Of a DNA stretch of 64,000 nucleotides, positions 49,314 to 59,367 are shown one piece after another; positions within the stretch are counted from its first letter, which is position 1, and each line of letters begins with the position of its first letter. The stretch is from assembly GCA_964598315.1 (NCBI GenBank), contig CAZRBI010000002.1, positions 25,276 to 89,275 of the forward strand. The letters are read 5' to 3'. Below the pieces are notes generated by a model. The model did no database searches. It saw nothing but the letters and a program-made list of their open reading frames with translations, and was not told the origin of the DNA. The position numbers and the translations under genes were made by a program. This DNA comes from an uncultured Oscillospiraceae bacterium (GTDB lineage Bacteria > Bacillota > Clostridia > Christensenellales > CAG-314).

Positions 49314-49450
49314 TAAACTATACGAAGTAAATCTTTTGCCTAACAGCAAAACATTTGCAAAACTGTTGTTTTGCCACAAAACTTGCGTTTTGTACTTCGA
49401 GTATGTAAAACGGCGGCGTTCGCACTCCTTGCAAGCAAAGTGCGAACTTC
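49314..49450 (-). ncRNA. conserved structured element, copy 2 (stand-alone, sRNA-like)
   Basis: Same element as 27834-27975. Its own promoter is GTGACA-17 nt-TATAAT (49541-49513). A terminator starts 9 nt after the element. No ORF. Confidence 0.5.
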
Positions 49451-49555
49451 TTGTATTATCAAATGTTGAAGTACAAATGGTCTGTTATCGGACGTTGGGC
49501 GAATTACGCGCTATTATAATGATGAATAATAAGTATGTCACGTTTTCATGACACA

Positions 49556-49595
49556 ATATAAAAGCGGCGCAGAGATTGCTCTCTCTGTGCCGCTT
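49556..49595 (-). terminator. aroQ terminator
   Basis: AAGCGGCACAGAGA-loop-TCTCTGCGCCGCTT followed by TTTT. Confidence 0.7.
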
Positions 49596-49598
49596 GTT

Positions 49599-50033
49599 TT
49601 ACTTTAACGCCGTTTTTTGGCTTACTACAAATTCCACTGCATCAAAATAGCTTTGCACTCCATTGCCCGCAAAATAGCCCGCACAAACGTCCTTTAGGAC
49701 ATCAATGTGCCGAAAACTTTCACGCGTGCTTACGTCGGTCATGTGCACTTCCGCCACCGGAATTGCAAGGCACTCGATACAATCGTGCAGCGCATAGCTA
49801 TAGTGGCTGTAGGCGCCGGCATTCAAAACTACGGCATCGGCATCGGTCTGTTGCAACCAATCAACCAACTCACCCTCGTGGTTGGATTGCTTACACTCCA
49901 CTTCCGCACCAAATGTTTTGGCGTATGCAACAACTTTCTGTTCCAATCGATCAAGCGTATCGGTGCCGTACAAAGACGGATCACGACGGCCAAGCATGTT
50001 CATGTTGACACCGTTCAGCAACAATATTTTCAT
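49599..50033 (-). CDS. aroQ: type II 3-dehydroquinate dehydratase
   Basis: LLLNGVNMNMLGRRDPSLYG, QSNHEGELVDW, HMTDVSTRESFRH. Confidence 0.92.
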   Translation of the reverse strand: MKILLLNGVNMNMLGRRDPSLYGTDTLDRLEQKVVAYAKTFGAEVECKQSNHEGELVDWLQQTDADAVVLNAGAYSHYSYALHDCIECLAIPVAEVHMTDVSTRESFRHIDVLKDVCAGYFAGNGVQSYFDAVEFVVSQKTALK

Positions 50034-50034
50034 G

Positions 50035-51303
50035 TCATTCGTCCTCCGTTTTTATCCATTCCGGCGGACAAGTTCTGTTATTCTTGAACCAATCGGTATC
50101 TTTCAATTTTGTGTTGTTGTTTGAACAATTCAAGGAAATTTCTCCGTCCACACACTTGAACACGATGTTGCCGTTCATGGACGTGAAGCCGTTTCCGCTA
50201 TCCGTCACCATCGTTGTGACGTAAACGTTTTCGGTATATTGAGCAATTCTGTTAACAAAATCTTGTGCAGGGAAGGTGTTGTTTGGATTTGTAGTATATT
50301 CCGTGCTACCTGCACAACAGCACACGCACACGTACTGTGGGTTGATTTTTTTAAGCAACACTTCGTTGGATGCCGTGTAGCTACCGTGATGCCCGGCTTT
50401 AAACAGCACGACTTCGGGCAGGTTATTGTTTTCCACTAGCGACGTTTCACCTGCTTCTTCCAGATCGCCTGTGAACAAGTAGTGATTTGAACCTTGAGAA
50501 ATAAGCACGCACACGGAATAGTTGTTTTCGTCGCTAGATTTGTTTTCGTAGAACTTTTGATACAGCACTTCCATGGTGATGCTGCCGTCGCCGGTGAGGT
50601 CGTACACCTTTTGTGCACCGTTTGCGTTGTTGACACAATCCAATGCCGTGTAGCAATTGGCGCCTGCGGCAACCTCATTATCTCGTGCTTTACAATAGTT
50701 TTGATAAATCTGCTTGTCTTGATTATCTGTTCGTGCAAATTCAATTATGTTTTTGCATTCGTAACGTTCAAAAATGCCCGGTGCGTTTTTCGTTCCGACA
50801 AAACCTGCAATATGGTCTTGATGGGCGTGAGTTGCAATGACATATTCCAACACGCCGTCGGTGCAATATTGATCGATATAGTTGCCGATTGTTTTTGCAC
50901 TGTCCTTACGACTGCCTGCGTCAATCAAAATATCCGTATCGCCGGCTTTGATGTAGACACTGTCGCCCGTGTACTTGTTGCCAAGCTCCAAAAAGTGTAC
51001 GGACAATTCGCCTTCGGCAGGAACGTAGGGCGTTTCGGGAGAGGAATTATCGAACCACCCGTTGAAGTAGCCGTAGACGGTGAGAGCGATCACCGCAATC
51101 ACTACAATGACGCACAGCACTTTGTAGAACTTCTTTTGTTTTTTGTTGCGTGATGATTTTGAACTTTTAGCCGCAGCCTTTGCAACCTCCGCAGTCACTT
51201 CTATGTTCTGCTTTTTGCTGTTTTTTGAGCTGTACTTGCTTGCCGCATCGGTGACTCGCTTGGCATTTTTTTTCGAAGAACTTTTTTTTGTGGATTTTGC
51301 CAT
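50035..51303 (-). CDS. membrane-anchored MBL-fold (ComEC C-terminal type) hydrolase
   Basis: Lys-rich N-terminus plus TM. THAHQDHIAG, GHHGSYTAS. Confidence 0.75.
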   Translation of the reverse strand: MAKSTKKSSSKKNAKRVTDAASKYSSKNSKKQNIEVTAEVAKAAAKSSKSSRNKKQKKFYKVLCVIVVIAVIALTVYGYFNGWFDNSSPETPYVPAEGELSVHFLELGNKYTGDSVYIKAGDTDILIDAGSRKDSAKTIGNYIDQYCTDGVLEYVIATHAHQDHIAGFVGTKNAPGIFERYECKNIIEFARTDNQDKQIYQNYCKARDNEVAAGANCYTALDCVNNANGAQKVYDLTGDGSITMEVLYQKFYENKSSDENNYSVCVLISQGSNHYLFTGDLEEAGETSLVENNNLPEVVLFKAGHHGSYTASNEVLLKKINPQYVCVCCCAGSTEYTTNPNNTFPAQDFVNRIAQYTENVYVTTMVTDSGNGFTSMNGNIVFKCVDGEISLNCSNNNTKLKDTDWFKNNRTCPPEWIKTEDE

Positions 51304-51343
51304 AAAAACTCCCTTTTGATATGTTTTTTGCAACCGTTAGGTT

Positions 51344-53578
51344 TTACTCGTCGCTTTGCCACTCGGGCGGACACGTTCGGTTGTTCTTGAACCAGTCGGT
51401 ATCTTTCAATTTTGTGTTGTTGTTTGAACAATTCAAAGAAATTTCCCCGTTGATGCAACTGAACACAATGTTGCCGTTCATGGATTGATAGCCTTTGAGT
51501 TTATTGTCAGCGTCCAACACTGCAAGCGTCGTGATGTAGACTTTGTCGGTGTACTTTGCAACTCTGTTGACAAATTCTTGCGCGGGGAAGGTGTGAGGCG
51601 TCAACTGACTGTTTGTATATTCCGTTGTGCCTGCACAACAACATACGCACACGTACTGCGGTTTTATTTTGGAAAGCAACGTTTCGCTTGACGACGTGTA
51701 ACTGCCGTGATGTCCTCCTTTGAACAGCACCACCTCGGGCAAATCGGGATTGCTGGCGACCAACGACGCTTCGCCTGCCGCTTCCAAGTCGCCTGTGAAC
51801 AAGTAGTGATTGTCTCCTTGCGAAATAAGAACGCACACGGAATAGTTGTTTTCGTCGCTAGATTTGTTTTCATAGAACTTTTGATACAGCACTTCCATGG
51901 TGATGCTGCCGTCGCCGGTGAGATCGTATACCTTTTGTGCACCGTTTGCGTTGTTGACACAGTCCAATGCCGTGTAGCAATTGGCGCCTGCGGCGACTTC
52001 CTTGTTGCGTGCCGTTTGGTAATTAGAATAAATTTGTGTTTTTACGTCTGTGCGTGCAAATTCAATTATGTTTTTGCATTCGTAACGTTCGAAAATGCCT
52101 TGTGAACTGCCTTCTCCCACAAAACCTGCAATATGGTCTTGATGGGCGTGAGTTGCAATGACGTACTCCAACACTCCGTCGGTGCAATATTGGTCGACAT
52201 AGTTGCCGATTGTTTTTGCACTGTCCTTACGACTGCCTGCGTCAATCAAAATATCCGTATCGCCGGCCTTGATGTAGACACTGTCGCCCGTGTACTTGTT
52301 GCCAAGTTCCAAAAAGTGAACGGACAAGTTGTCGTTGGCAAACGTTCCGCTTTCGATGACGGAGATTTCAACGTTGCAAGACTTCGTCACGTCGTTTTCG
52401 GTGTAGGAAATTTCCAACGTTTTTGTGCCGATCGCCGATGTGTCGACGGAACTTTGGTTGTAGTTTTGAATTTGCTTTGTGGAACCGTTGTTGTAGGTTG
52501 CAATGACGATAAGCTTTTGAACGTCTATTTGCTCGCCCACGACAACACTGCCGTTGTAGGTTGCGGAAACAGAAATTAGCGACAATGCAGCCACATTCAC
52601 ATTTACTTCGGTTGTGTTTCCGTCGAAAGTTATTGTGACGGTTTGCTCACCCGTCAACGACGAATTGTAGCCGGAAATTGAAAAGTCCGTGACGGATTTT
52701 TCTGCGCCGTTGTTGTACACGGCAGTGACAACGAACATTTCCTTTGTAAGTTGGTCACCACAATAAATTTTCACGCCGCCCTTCAATTCGGCAAGAATAT
52801 ATTCCAGTTTTGCAGGTTGGACGGTAACAGAGACTTCCGCCGTTTTGCCCTCGAAATTTATTGTAACGGTTTGTTTGCCGCTCGCGTTGGAATCATACCC
52901 GTAAATTTGAAAATCCGTGACATATTCTTCGTCGCCGTTGTTGTAGGTGGCAACAACGTCAAAATCATCCGCGACCAACTCGTCACCTACCACAAGTTCG
53001 CCGCCAACGTAGATTGCATCGATGCTTTCCACAGCGACCGGCAACACACTGATTGTCAAAGATGTGTCAACCGTTTGGTCGTTTTCGGTGTAGGACAGGA
53101 CAATTTGCTTGTCGCCAACCGCTTGCGCGATGCCGTCCAAACCATCAACGGAAAATTCCGAAGATGCAAGTTGCTTTGTTGTGCCGTCCCAATAGGTTAC
53201 TTCAACGAAGAAGTCGTCCGCCTTCAATTCGCACCCCAAAACAGCGTCTTTAGATAGAGTTGCCGCTAACGATTTGGGCCAAGCCCTCCACTTTGCGTAG
53301 ATGGTTAGGCTTGTTGTCCCCACCACAACGTTTTTATCCACCTCTTGCGTGCATTGTTGATCTGTGTACCAACCGCAAAACCCATAGCCTTCGCGTTTGA
53401 CGGAATCGGGAAATTGAACGGTATCTCCGCTGAAATAATTTTGAGAAATCGGCTCAATGTCGTCACAATTCCAGTTGAATTGCACGACGTACGCTTGATT
53501 GCATGCCGCAAGTGCAAAAATTGCAAACAATGCCAAGATTATCAATAAAATCACTGTTTTTTTGCTACGAGTAGTCAT
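51344..53578 (-). CDS. surface protein: InlB-B/Flg_new-like repeat, about 5 Ig-like repeats and an MBL-fold (ComEC-type) domain
   Basis: GYGFCGWYTDQQC. Repeated ...TVTI.F.G.T.EV.V units. C-terminal 320 aa paralogous to 50035-51303. Confidence 0.75.
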   Translation of the reverse strand: MTTRSKKTVILLIILALFAIFALAACNQAYVVQFNWNCDDIEPISQNYFSGDTVQFPDSVKREGYGFCGWYTDQQCTQEVDKNVVVGTTSLTIYAKWRAWPKSLAATLSKDAVLGCELKADDFFVEVTYWDGTTKQLASSEFSVDGLDGIAQAVGDKQIVLSYTENDQTVDTSLTISVLPVAVESIDAIYVGGELVVGDELVADDFDVVATYNNGDEEYVTDFQIYGYDSNASGKQTVTINFEGKTAEVSVTVQPAKLEYILAELKGGVKIYCGDQLTKEMFVVTAVYNNGAEKSVTDFSISGYNSSLTGEQTVTITFDGNTTEVNVNVAALSLISVSATYNGSVVVGEQIDVQKLIVIATYNNGSTKQIQNYNQSSVDTSAIGTKTLEISYTENDVTKSCNVEISVIESGTFANDNLSVHFLELGNKYTGDSVYIKAGDTDILIDAGSRKDSAKTIGNYVDQYCTDGVLEYVIATHAHQDHIAGFVGEGSSQGIFERYECKNIIEFARTDVKTQIYSNYQTARNKEVAAGANCYTALDCVNNANGAQKVYDLTGDGSITMEVLYQKFYENKSSDENNYSVCVLISQGDNHYLFTGDLEAAGEASLVASNPDLPEVVLFKGGHHGSYTSSSETLLSKIKPQYVCVCCCAGTTEYTNSQLTPHTFPAQEFVNRVAKYTDKVYITTLAVLDADNKLKGYQSMNGNIVFSCINGEISLNCSNNNTKLKDTDWFKNNRTCPPEWQSDE

Positions 53579-53590
53579 TGTTTGTGTCCC

Positions 53591-54397
53591 CTAGAATTTG
53601 GTTTTAAGTAGTTCCGTTATTTCCGGCAATTTTTCCGTTGCCGCACGATAGCCTTCTTCAAACATCTCGTCAATGAACTCCAACCGAGTGTTTTTGTAAG
53701 CAGAAAGTTCAGGGGTGATGATCACGTCGCTGTTGAGTTCGCCCTTGTAGACTGTGGATTTTGTTGTTATCGACCAAGTTGCCATCAAAATTTCCGGCAA
53801 ACGAAGAGAAGACGTTCCGCTTCCGCGCGTGTGGTTCAAATCTACAGAAACAACGATATCCGCACCCATTCTGCGGCACACATCCGCGGGCATATTGTTG
53901 AGCAAGCCACCGTCAACCAAAACCATATCGTCCTTGCGAACAGGCGTGAACAATGCCGGAACGGCACTACTTGCCGCAACTGCAGTTGCAACGTCACCGC
54001 TGTTCAACACAACTTCTTCTCCGTGGGAAATATCCACTGCAACGGCGGAAAAAGGCACCGCCAATTGTTCGAACGTGGTTCCGTCCAAAAGTCTGGTGGC
54101 AACAGACGCTATATTTTGCGAATCCGACCCCAAAATGAAACGTTTGTCGATGATATCCTTTCTGGAAATTTTCTTTGTTTCGGCAAGCATATCTTGCCAA
54201 GGAATTTGCTTGCAATACAATGCGCCGAAAATACTGCCGGCACTTGTTCCTGCAACGCAAGAAAACTTTATTCCTGCCTCCTCGAACGCTTTGAACACGC
54301 CTATGTGTGCAATGCCACGCGTTCCGCCGCCCGAAAGCGCCAAACCCAATTTATAGTTGTTAAATTCGTTTTTTTGCTTTTTTCCGAAAAGTGCCAT
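53591..54397 (-). CDS. patatin-like phospholipase
   Basis: GGGTRG, GTSAGS, VDGGLLNN. Confidence 0.88.
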   Translation of the reverse strand: MALFGKKQKNEFNNYKLGLALSGGGTRGIAHIGVFKAFEEAGIKFSCVAGTSAGSIFGALYCKQIPWQDMLAETKKISRKDIIDKRFILGSDSQNIASVATRLLDGTTFEQLAVPFSAVAVDISHGEEVVLNSGDVATAVAASSAVPALFTPVRKDDMVLVDGGLLNNMPADVCRRMGADIVVSVDLNHTRGSGTSSLRLPEILMATWSITTKSTVYKGELNSDVIITPELSAYKNTRLEFIDEMFEEGYRAATEKLPEITELLKTKF

Positions 54398-54733
54398 AAC
54401 GTTACCTCCGCGGACAAACTTCGTCCGACAACGCTTATTTTCACTTCTACATTATACAACAAAATCCGCACCGTTGCAAGCGGTACTTTGGACAGCTTGT
54501 GGCATTGTGTCAACAAACGTTTTCGCAAAACAACGCAAAAACGGGGCACACCTCCATTTGCCGATAAAACGCACTTAAATTCCGTTGAAAAATTCAACGT
54601 GCACCTGAGCACGAAGAACTGTTTTTTAGCACAACAGCGCAAAAAAAACCTTCCGCAACAATATAGTTGCAAGAAGGTTATTTTGTTATTCGATATTCAA
54701 TTTTTAGGCACTCGACGCCACTTGGTTGTCTGC

Positions 54734-55276
54734 CTACTTTTTGAAGTAGCGATTATACAAACCTTGGAAAGCCTTTCCGTGACGAGCTTCGTCACGTGCC
54801 ATTTCGTGCACTGTGTCGTGGATAGCATCCAAATTCAATGCCTTTGCACGTTTTGCAAGGTCTGTTTTGCCAAGCGTTGCGCCGTTTTCCGCTTCTATGC
54901 GCATTTGAAGGTTTTTAGCCGTGCTGTCAGTGACAACTTCTCCCAGCAATTCGGCAAATTTTGCTGCGTGTTCGGCTTCTTCGAATGCCGCCTTTTCCCA
55001 ATACAAACCGATTTCCGGATAACCTTCGCGATGAGCTACTCTTGCCATTGCCAAGTACATACCCACTTCGGTGCATTCGCCGTTGAAGTTGGCACGAAGA
55101 TCGTCGAGAATATCTTGTGGAACACCTTGAGCAACGCCGACAACGTGTTCGGCAGCCCAACTCATTTCACTGCTTTGAGCAACAAACTTTTCTTTGGGGG
55201 CTTTGCATTGCGGGCAAAATGCCGGAGCTTCGTTGCCTTCGTGAACATAACCGCATACAGAACATACAAATTTCAT
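54734..55276 (-). CDS. reverse rubrerythrin (N-terminal rubredoxin-like domain plus ferritin-like domain)
   Basis: CSVCGY...CPQC at the N-terminus, then [19 protein letters not shown] and [11 protein letters not shown]. Confidence 0.88.
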   Translation of the reverse strand: MKFVCSVCGYVHEGNEAPAFCPQCKAPKEKFVAQSSEMSWAAEHVVGVAQGVPQDILDDLRANFNGECTEVGMYLAMARVAHREGYPEIGLYWEKAAFEEAEHAAKFAELLGEVVTDSTAKNLQMRIEAENGATLGKTDLAKRAKALNLDAIHDTVHEMARDEARHGKAFQGLYNRYFKK

Positions 55277-55328
55277 AATAGTTTTCTCCTTTTATCTGTT
55301 GTTTTTATTTTATAATTTGTTTTTGTCG

Positions 55329-55442
55329 TTATTCGTCAACTTCTTCGAAGTTGGAACTGTCCACTCCGCAAAGGGGACAAATTTCGGGAGCTTCGTCACC
55401 CTCGTGAACGTAACCGCAAACTGTGCAAATCCATTTTTTCAT
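55329..55442 (-). CDS. 37-aa rubredoxin-like mini-protein (not in the ORF track)
   Basis: Translation is [37 protein letters not shown], with CxxC-12-CxxC spacing. It sits between perR and the rubrerythrin gene. Confidence 0.7.
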   Translation of the reverse strand: MKKWICTVCGYVHEGDEAPEICPLCGVDSSNFEEVDE

Positions 55443-55467
55443 TGTTTTTCTCCTTATTTTTGATTGA

Positions 55468-55830
55468 CTAGCTATTTTGTTGACAATTGTTGCAAATTCC
55501 ATACAACATCACTTCTGCTCGTTCGGCTTTTCCGCAAACACAATCCACGTCGACGCTTGGAACACCTGCATCCAAAACACGATGACATCGGTAGCAGACA
55601 AAGTGTGCGTGTGCGTGCATACCTGCATCGAACCTTTCTGCGGAACCGTCAACGCTTATTCGCTTGACCTTCCCCAATTCGCACAATTCGTCCAAATTGC
55701 GATACACCGTTGCCAAACTGATGGAAGGCAACACTTTGCGAGCTTCTTCAAAGACGGCAGCGGCATCCGGATGAGTGTCCGTTGCACACAAAACTTTGTA
55801 CACAACCTCTCTTTGTTTGGAAAATCTCAC
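55468..55830 (-). CDS. Fur-family regulator (PerR-like by context)
   Basis: [21 protein letters not shown]...CGK. Confidence 0.85.
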   Translation of the reverse strand: MRFSKQREVVYKVLCATDTHPDAAAVFEEARKVLPSISLATVYRNLDELCELGKVKRISVDGSAERFDAGMHAHAHFVCYRCHRVLDAGVPSVDVDCVCGKAERAEVMLYGICNNCQQNS

Positions 55831-55864
55831 TTCGCACCTCCGTTGTGATTAAATGATAACATTT

Positions 55865-55892
55865 CCTATTTATTTTGTCAAGCATAAATAGG
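55865..55892. promoter_or_regulatory. candidate operator palindrome in the divergent perR / PP-loop gene intergenic region
   Basis: CCTATTTAT-10 nt-ATAAATAGG, with an adjacent AATGATAAC Fur-box-like half site. Confidence 0.4.
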
Positions 55893-55995
55893 AAAAATTC
55901 TCAAATATTTTTTAAGCACGAAAATACTTGAAAATTTCGACGTTTTACAATACAATTGAGAACGTAAAATGCACTTGAAACAAGGCGAAAACACT

Positions 55996-56718
55996 ATGAA
56001 CACACAAAGATTACTTTCCTACATGCGAAAGGCAATAAACGACTACCACATGATTTCGGACGGCGACAAAATTGCCGTCGGAATTTCCGGAGGCAAAGAC
56101 AGTTTGATGCTGTTGACATTGTTGGCTGCCTACAAGCGTTTTTCCGAACACAACTTCGACTTGTGCGGAATAACCGTGGATATGGGCTTTGCCGAAAACA
56201 CGTACAAACCCATTGCCGACTACTGCGAACAACTGAACGTGCCCTACTACATCGAAAAAACAGACATTGCAGAAATTATTTTTGACGTCAGAAAGGAGAA
56301 AAACCCTTGCAGTTTGTGTGCAAAAATGCGTCGCGGAGCACTTAACGGAAAAATAAACGAACTCGGATACAACAAACTTGCGTTGGGACACCACAAAAAC
56401 GACGTTGTGGAAACGTTTTTGCTAAGTTTGACTTACGAAGGACGTTTGAGCACAATGCAACCCGTTTCGTACATGTCCAGAAGCGACGTAACCTTGATTC
56501 GCCCGATGATTTACATTGACGAAAGAGATATTATAGGTGCATCGCGTACGCTTCCGGTGTGCAAAAACCCGTGCCCTGCCGACAAACACTCGGAAAGAGA
56601 AACCATGAAAGACATTCTGAGAGAATTGTCACAAAAAGATCCGTCCATTTCCACCAAAATTGCAAACGCAATAATGCACCCCGAAAGATACAACTTGTGG
56701 GACAAAATTGAAAAATAA
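55996..56718 (+). CDS. PP-loop ATPase, TtcA-like tRNA thiolation enzyme
   Basis: VGISGGKDSL, CSLCAKMRRG, HHKND. The alternative ATG at 55969 cannot be excluded. Confidence 0.8.
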   Translation: MNTQRLLSYMRKAINDYHMISDGDKIAVGISGGKDSLMLLTLLAAYKRFSEHNFDLCGITVDMGFAENTYKPIADYCEQLNVPYYIEKTDIAEIIFDVRKEKNPCSLCAKMRRGALNGKINELGYNKLALGHHKNDVVETFLLSLTYEGRLSTMQPVSYMSRSDVTLIRPMIYIDERDIIGASRTLPVCKNPCPADKHSERETMKDILRELSQKDPSISTKIANAIMHPERYNLWDKIEK

Positions 56719-56957
56719 CTCTACTGTTGCGACGAAACACAGTTTTCGGCGCTTTTTGTTTGCACTTGCAACAAGTTTTCGGCGTTGCATCACGGCAATG
56801 ACCTTTGAAAATCAATATTCGTAGCCTTACTACTAACCGACGACATTATGAATTTTGCCGCATCCAACATGCCTGAACCCAATTTACACATCTACAATAA
56901 TTGACATTTTCCGCGTCACGTTGCAATACACTATACAAAGTGTCTCGGAGCATAAAT

Positions 56958-57221
56958 TTGAAAGATTACATTGTTGAAAGAGTTTTTGACATTGCAAACT
57001 ACGTTTTGAAAAACAGTTGTACGATAAGAGAAGTTGCAAAAGTGTTTTGTGTGAGCAAATCCACCGCTCACAAAGACTTGGGCGAACGTTTGCCTCTGCT
57101 CGATTTGGTTTTGTTTGAAAAAGTTTCTGCAATTTTGCAAGAAAACTGGAACGAACGTTATCTTCGCGGCGGATACGCCACAAAGAATAAGTTTGAAAAA
57201 CTACGGCAAAAAAACAATTAA
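56958..57221 (+). CDS. spoIIID: stage III sporulation protein D
   Basis: KDYIVERVFDIANYV...VSKSTAHKDLGERLP...LRGGYATK parallels B. subtilis SpoIIID. TTG lies 7 nt after GGAG. Confidence 0.85.
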   Translation: MKDYIVERVFDIANYVLKNSCTIREVAKVFCVSKSTAHKDLGERLPLLDLVLFEKVSAILQENWNERYLRGGYATKNKFEKLRQKNN

Positions 57222-57418
57222 CCTCGATTGTGCACAACAATCGTAAACACCGTGATCGAACACACACTGCCGTTTAAGATACGTTGAATATTGTTTTGAT
57301 ACGTCACGACACAAACTCGGCTTTTGCACATTATACTGTTTGCAACGCAAAAACAACTTTGGCGAAAAACTGTTCTCCAACTGCGTAACATTGTTCGGAC
57401 AAACGATCTGCAACATAA

Positions 57419-57456
57419 AAAAGCACGACAGTCAAAAAGCCGTCGTGCTTTGATAG
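57419..57456 (-). terminator. terminator of the aldolase operon
   Basis: AGCACGAC-loop-GTCGTGCT followed by TTTTTTAT on the minus strand. Confidence 0.7.
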
Positions 57457-57473
57457 TTTTATTCGATTGTCGA

Positions 57474-58412
57474 TTATTCGGCGTGGCCGGCGGACTCGAA
57501 CACCTTTTCCATTTTTTCCTTGACCATTTCTTTTACTGCTGTTCTGGCCGGTGTAGTGTACTTTCTGATTTCGAATTCTTGCGGTTGCGTGAAGAAGAAT
57601 TTTCTGATTTCGCCCGTGAACGCTACTCTCAAATCCGTGCCAACGTTTATTTTACAAACAGCGTGATGAGATGCTTCGTTAAGCATAGCCTCGGGAATAC
57701 CGATAGCTTCTTTCATTTGTCCGCCATATTGATTGACAAGTTGCAATCTGGATTGAGGAACAGACGAAGAACCGTGAAGAACAAGTGGGAATTCGGGGAG
57801 TTTTTCTTCGATTTCGTCGAGGATGTCAAATCTCAATTGAGGTTTTTGACCGGGTTTAAACTTATATGCACCGTGTGCCGTACCGATGGCAATTGCCAAA
57901 CTGTCGATACCCGTGCGCGTTACAAATTCAACGACGTCGTCGGGATGAGTGAAATGACCGTACTTGTCGTCGACGCAAACGTCGTCTTCTATGCCTGCGA
58001 TTGCGCCCAATTCGCTTTCTACAACCACTCCGCGAGCGTGTGCATATTCCACAACTTCCTTGGTGATTTTGATGTTTTCTTCAAAATCGTGTGCGCTGGC
58101 ATCGATCATGACGGACGTGAAGCCGTTGTCCACGCAGTACTTGCAAATTTCAACGGACTTGCCGTGATCCAAGTGCAAAGCAACTTCTACGCCGTAAGTT
58201 TCTACGGCAGCTTCGATTGCATGTCTTAAATATGCAATTCCGAAGTATTTGATAACGTTTTCCGTGATAGCAATGATGACGGGGGATTTTGTCTCGCTTG
58301 CCGCCTCGATAACCGCTTGAAGAGTTTCCAAATTGTCTACGTTGAAAGCGCCAACGGAAAAATGTTCGCGATAGGCTCTTCTGAACATGTCTTTTGTTGT
58401 TACCAATGCCAT
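57474..58412 (-). CDS. fba: class II fructose/ketose-bisphosphate aldolase (paralog 1)
   Basis: GAFNV, HLDHGKS, IGTAHGAYK, LVLHGSSS. Confidence 0.88.
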   Translation of the reverse strand: MALVTTKDMFRRAYREHFSVGAFNVDNLETLQAVIEAASETKSPVIIAITENVIKYFGIAYLRHAIEAAVETYGVEVALHLDHGKSVEICKYCVDNGFTSVMIDASAHDFEENIKITKEVVEYAHARGVVVESELGAIAGIEDDVCVDDKYGHFTHPDDVVEFVTRTGIDSLAIAIGTAHGAYKFKPGQKPQLRFDILDEIEEKLPEFPLVLHGSSSVPQSRLQLVNQYGGQMKEAIGIPEAMLNEASHHAVCKINVGTDLRVAFTGEIRKFFFTQPQEFEIRKYTTPARTAVKEMVKEKMEKVFESAGHAE

Positions 58413-58422
58413 AATATTCCTC

Positions 58423-59364
58423 CTATTTGAGTGCGTGGCCCGCACTACCGAACACGTTGATTATTTTGTCTTTTACCAATTCACACACAGCATCCATTGC
58501 AGGTGCAATGAAAACTTTCAAATCGAATTTTTCGGGGCTTTCGCAAAGAGCCTTTCTCATTGCTCCGACGTAGGCAACGCGCAAATCCGTGCCGACGTTT
58601 ATTTTGCAAACTGCATGATGAGATGCTTCGTTGAGCATTGCTTCCGGAATGCCGATGGCTTCGGGCATTGCCCCGCCGTAGCTATTCAAAACTTTCAAAG
58701 AAGCTTGCGGCACCGACGATGCGCCGTGAAGCACCAATGGGAATCCGGGCAATTTTTCTTCGATTTCTTCCAGAATGTCAAATCTCAATTGAGGTTTTTG
58801 ACCGGGTTTGAACTTATATGCACCGTGTGCCGTACCGATGGCAATTGCCAAACTGTCGATACCCGTGCGCGTTACAAATTCAACGACGTCGTCGGGATGA
58901 GTGAAATGACCGTACTTGTCGTCGACGCAAACGTCGTCTTCTATGCCTGCGATTGCGCCCAATTCGCTTTCTACAACCACTCCGCGAGCGTGTGCATATT
59001 CCACAACTTCCTTGGTCATTGCCACGTTTGTTTCAAAATCGTAGGAGCTTGCGTCAATCATGACGGACGTGAAGCCCAAATCGACACATTCCTTGCACAA
59101 TTCCACCGACTTGCCGTGGTCCAAATGCAAACAAACGGGAACGGTTGACGTTTTCAAAGCGCAATCAACCATTTCGCGAACGTATTCTTTGCCGATAAAC
59201 TTCAATGCACCCGATGAAATGGCAACAATCACCGGCGAATTTGTTTCTTCAGCCGCACGCACAACTGCCTTGAACGTGTCCACGTTGTCCACATTGAAAG
59301 CACCTACGGCATAGCCTTTTTCATAGGCATCTTTGAACATTTCTTTTGTCGTAACCAATGGCAT
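58423..59364 (-). CDS. class II fructose/ketose-bisphosphate aldolase (paralog 2)
   Basis: Same motifs (HLDHGKS, IGTAHGAYK, LVLHGASS). Confidence 0.88.
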   Translation of the reverse strand: MPLVTTKEMFKDAYEKGYAVGAFNVDNVDTFKAVVRAAEETNSPVIVAISSGALKFIGKEYVREMVDCALKTSTVPVCLHLDHGKSVELCKECVDLGFTSVMIDASSYDFETNVAMTKEVVEYAHARGVVVESELGAIAGIEDDVCVDDKYGHFTHPDDVVEFVTRTGIDSLAIAIGTAHGAYKFKPGQKPQLRFDILEEIEEKLPGFPLVLHGASSVPQASLKVLNSYGGAMPEAIGIPEAMLNEASHHAVCKINVGTDLRVAYVGAMRKALCESPEKFDLKVFIAPAMDAVCELVKDKIINVFGSAGHALK

Positions 59365-59367
59365 ACT

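Noticed and set aside
27834-49432. The two 118-nt direct repeats as attL/attR ends of a 21.5-kb mobile island
   Set aside because: The interval holds core genes (prs, ispE, rpsI, rplM, truA, the ecf genes, rnpB, the radical SAM pair). It has no integrase, transposase or conjugation genes. Each repeat copy has its own promoter, which fits an RNA element rather than element ends.
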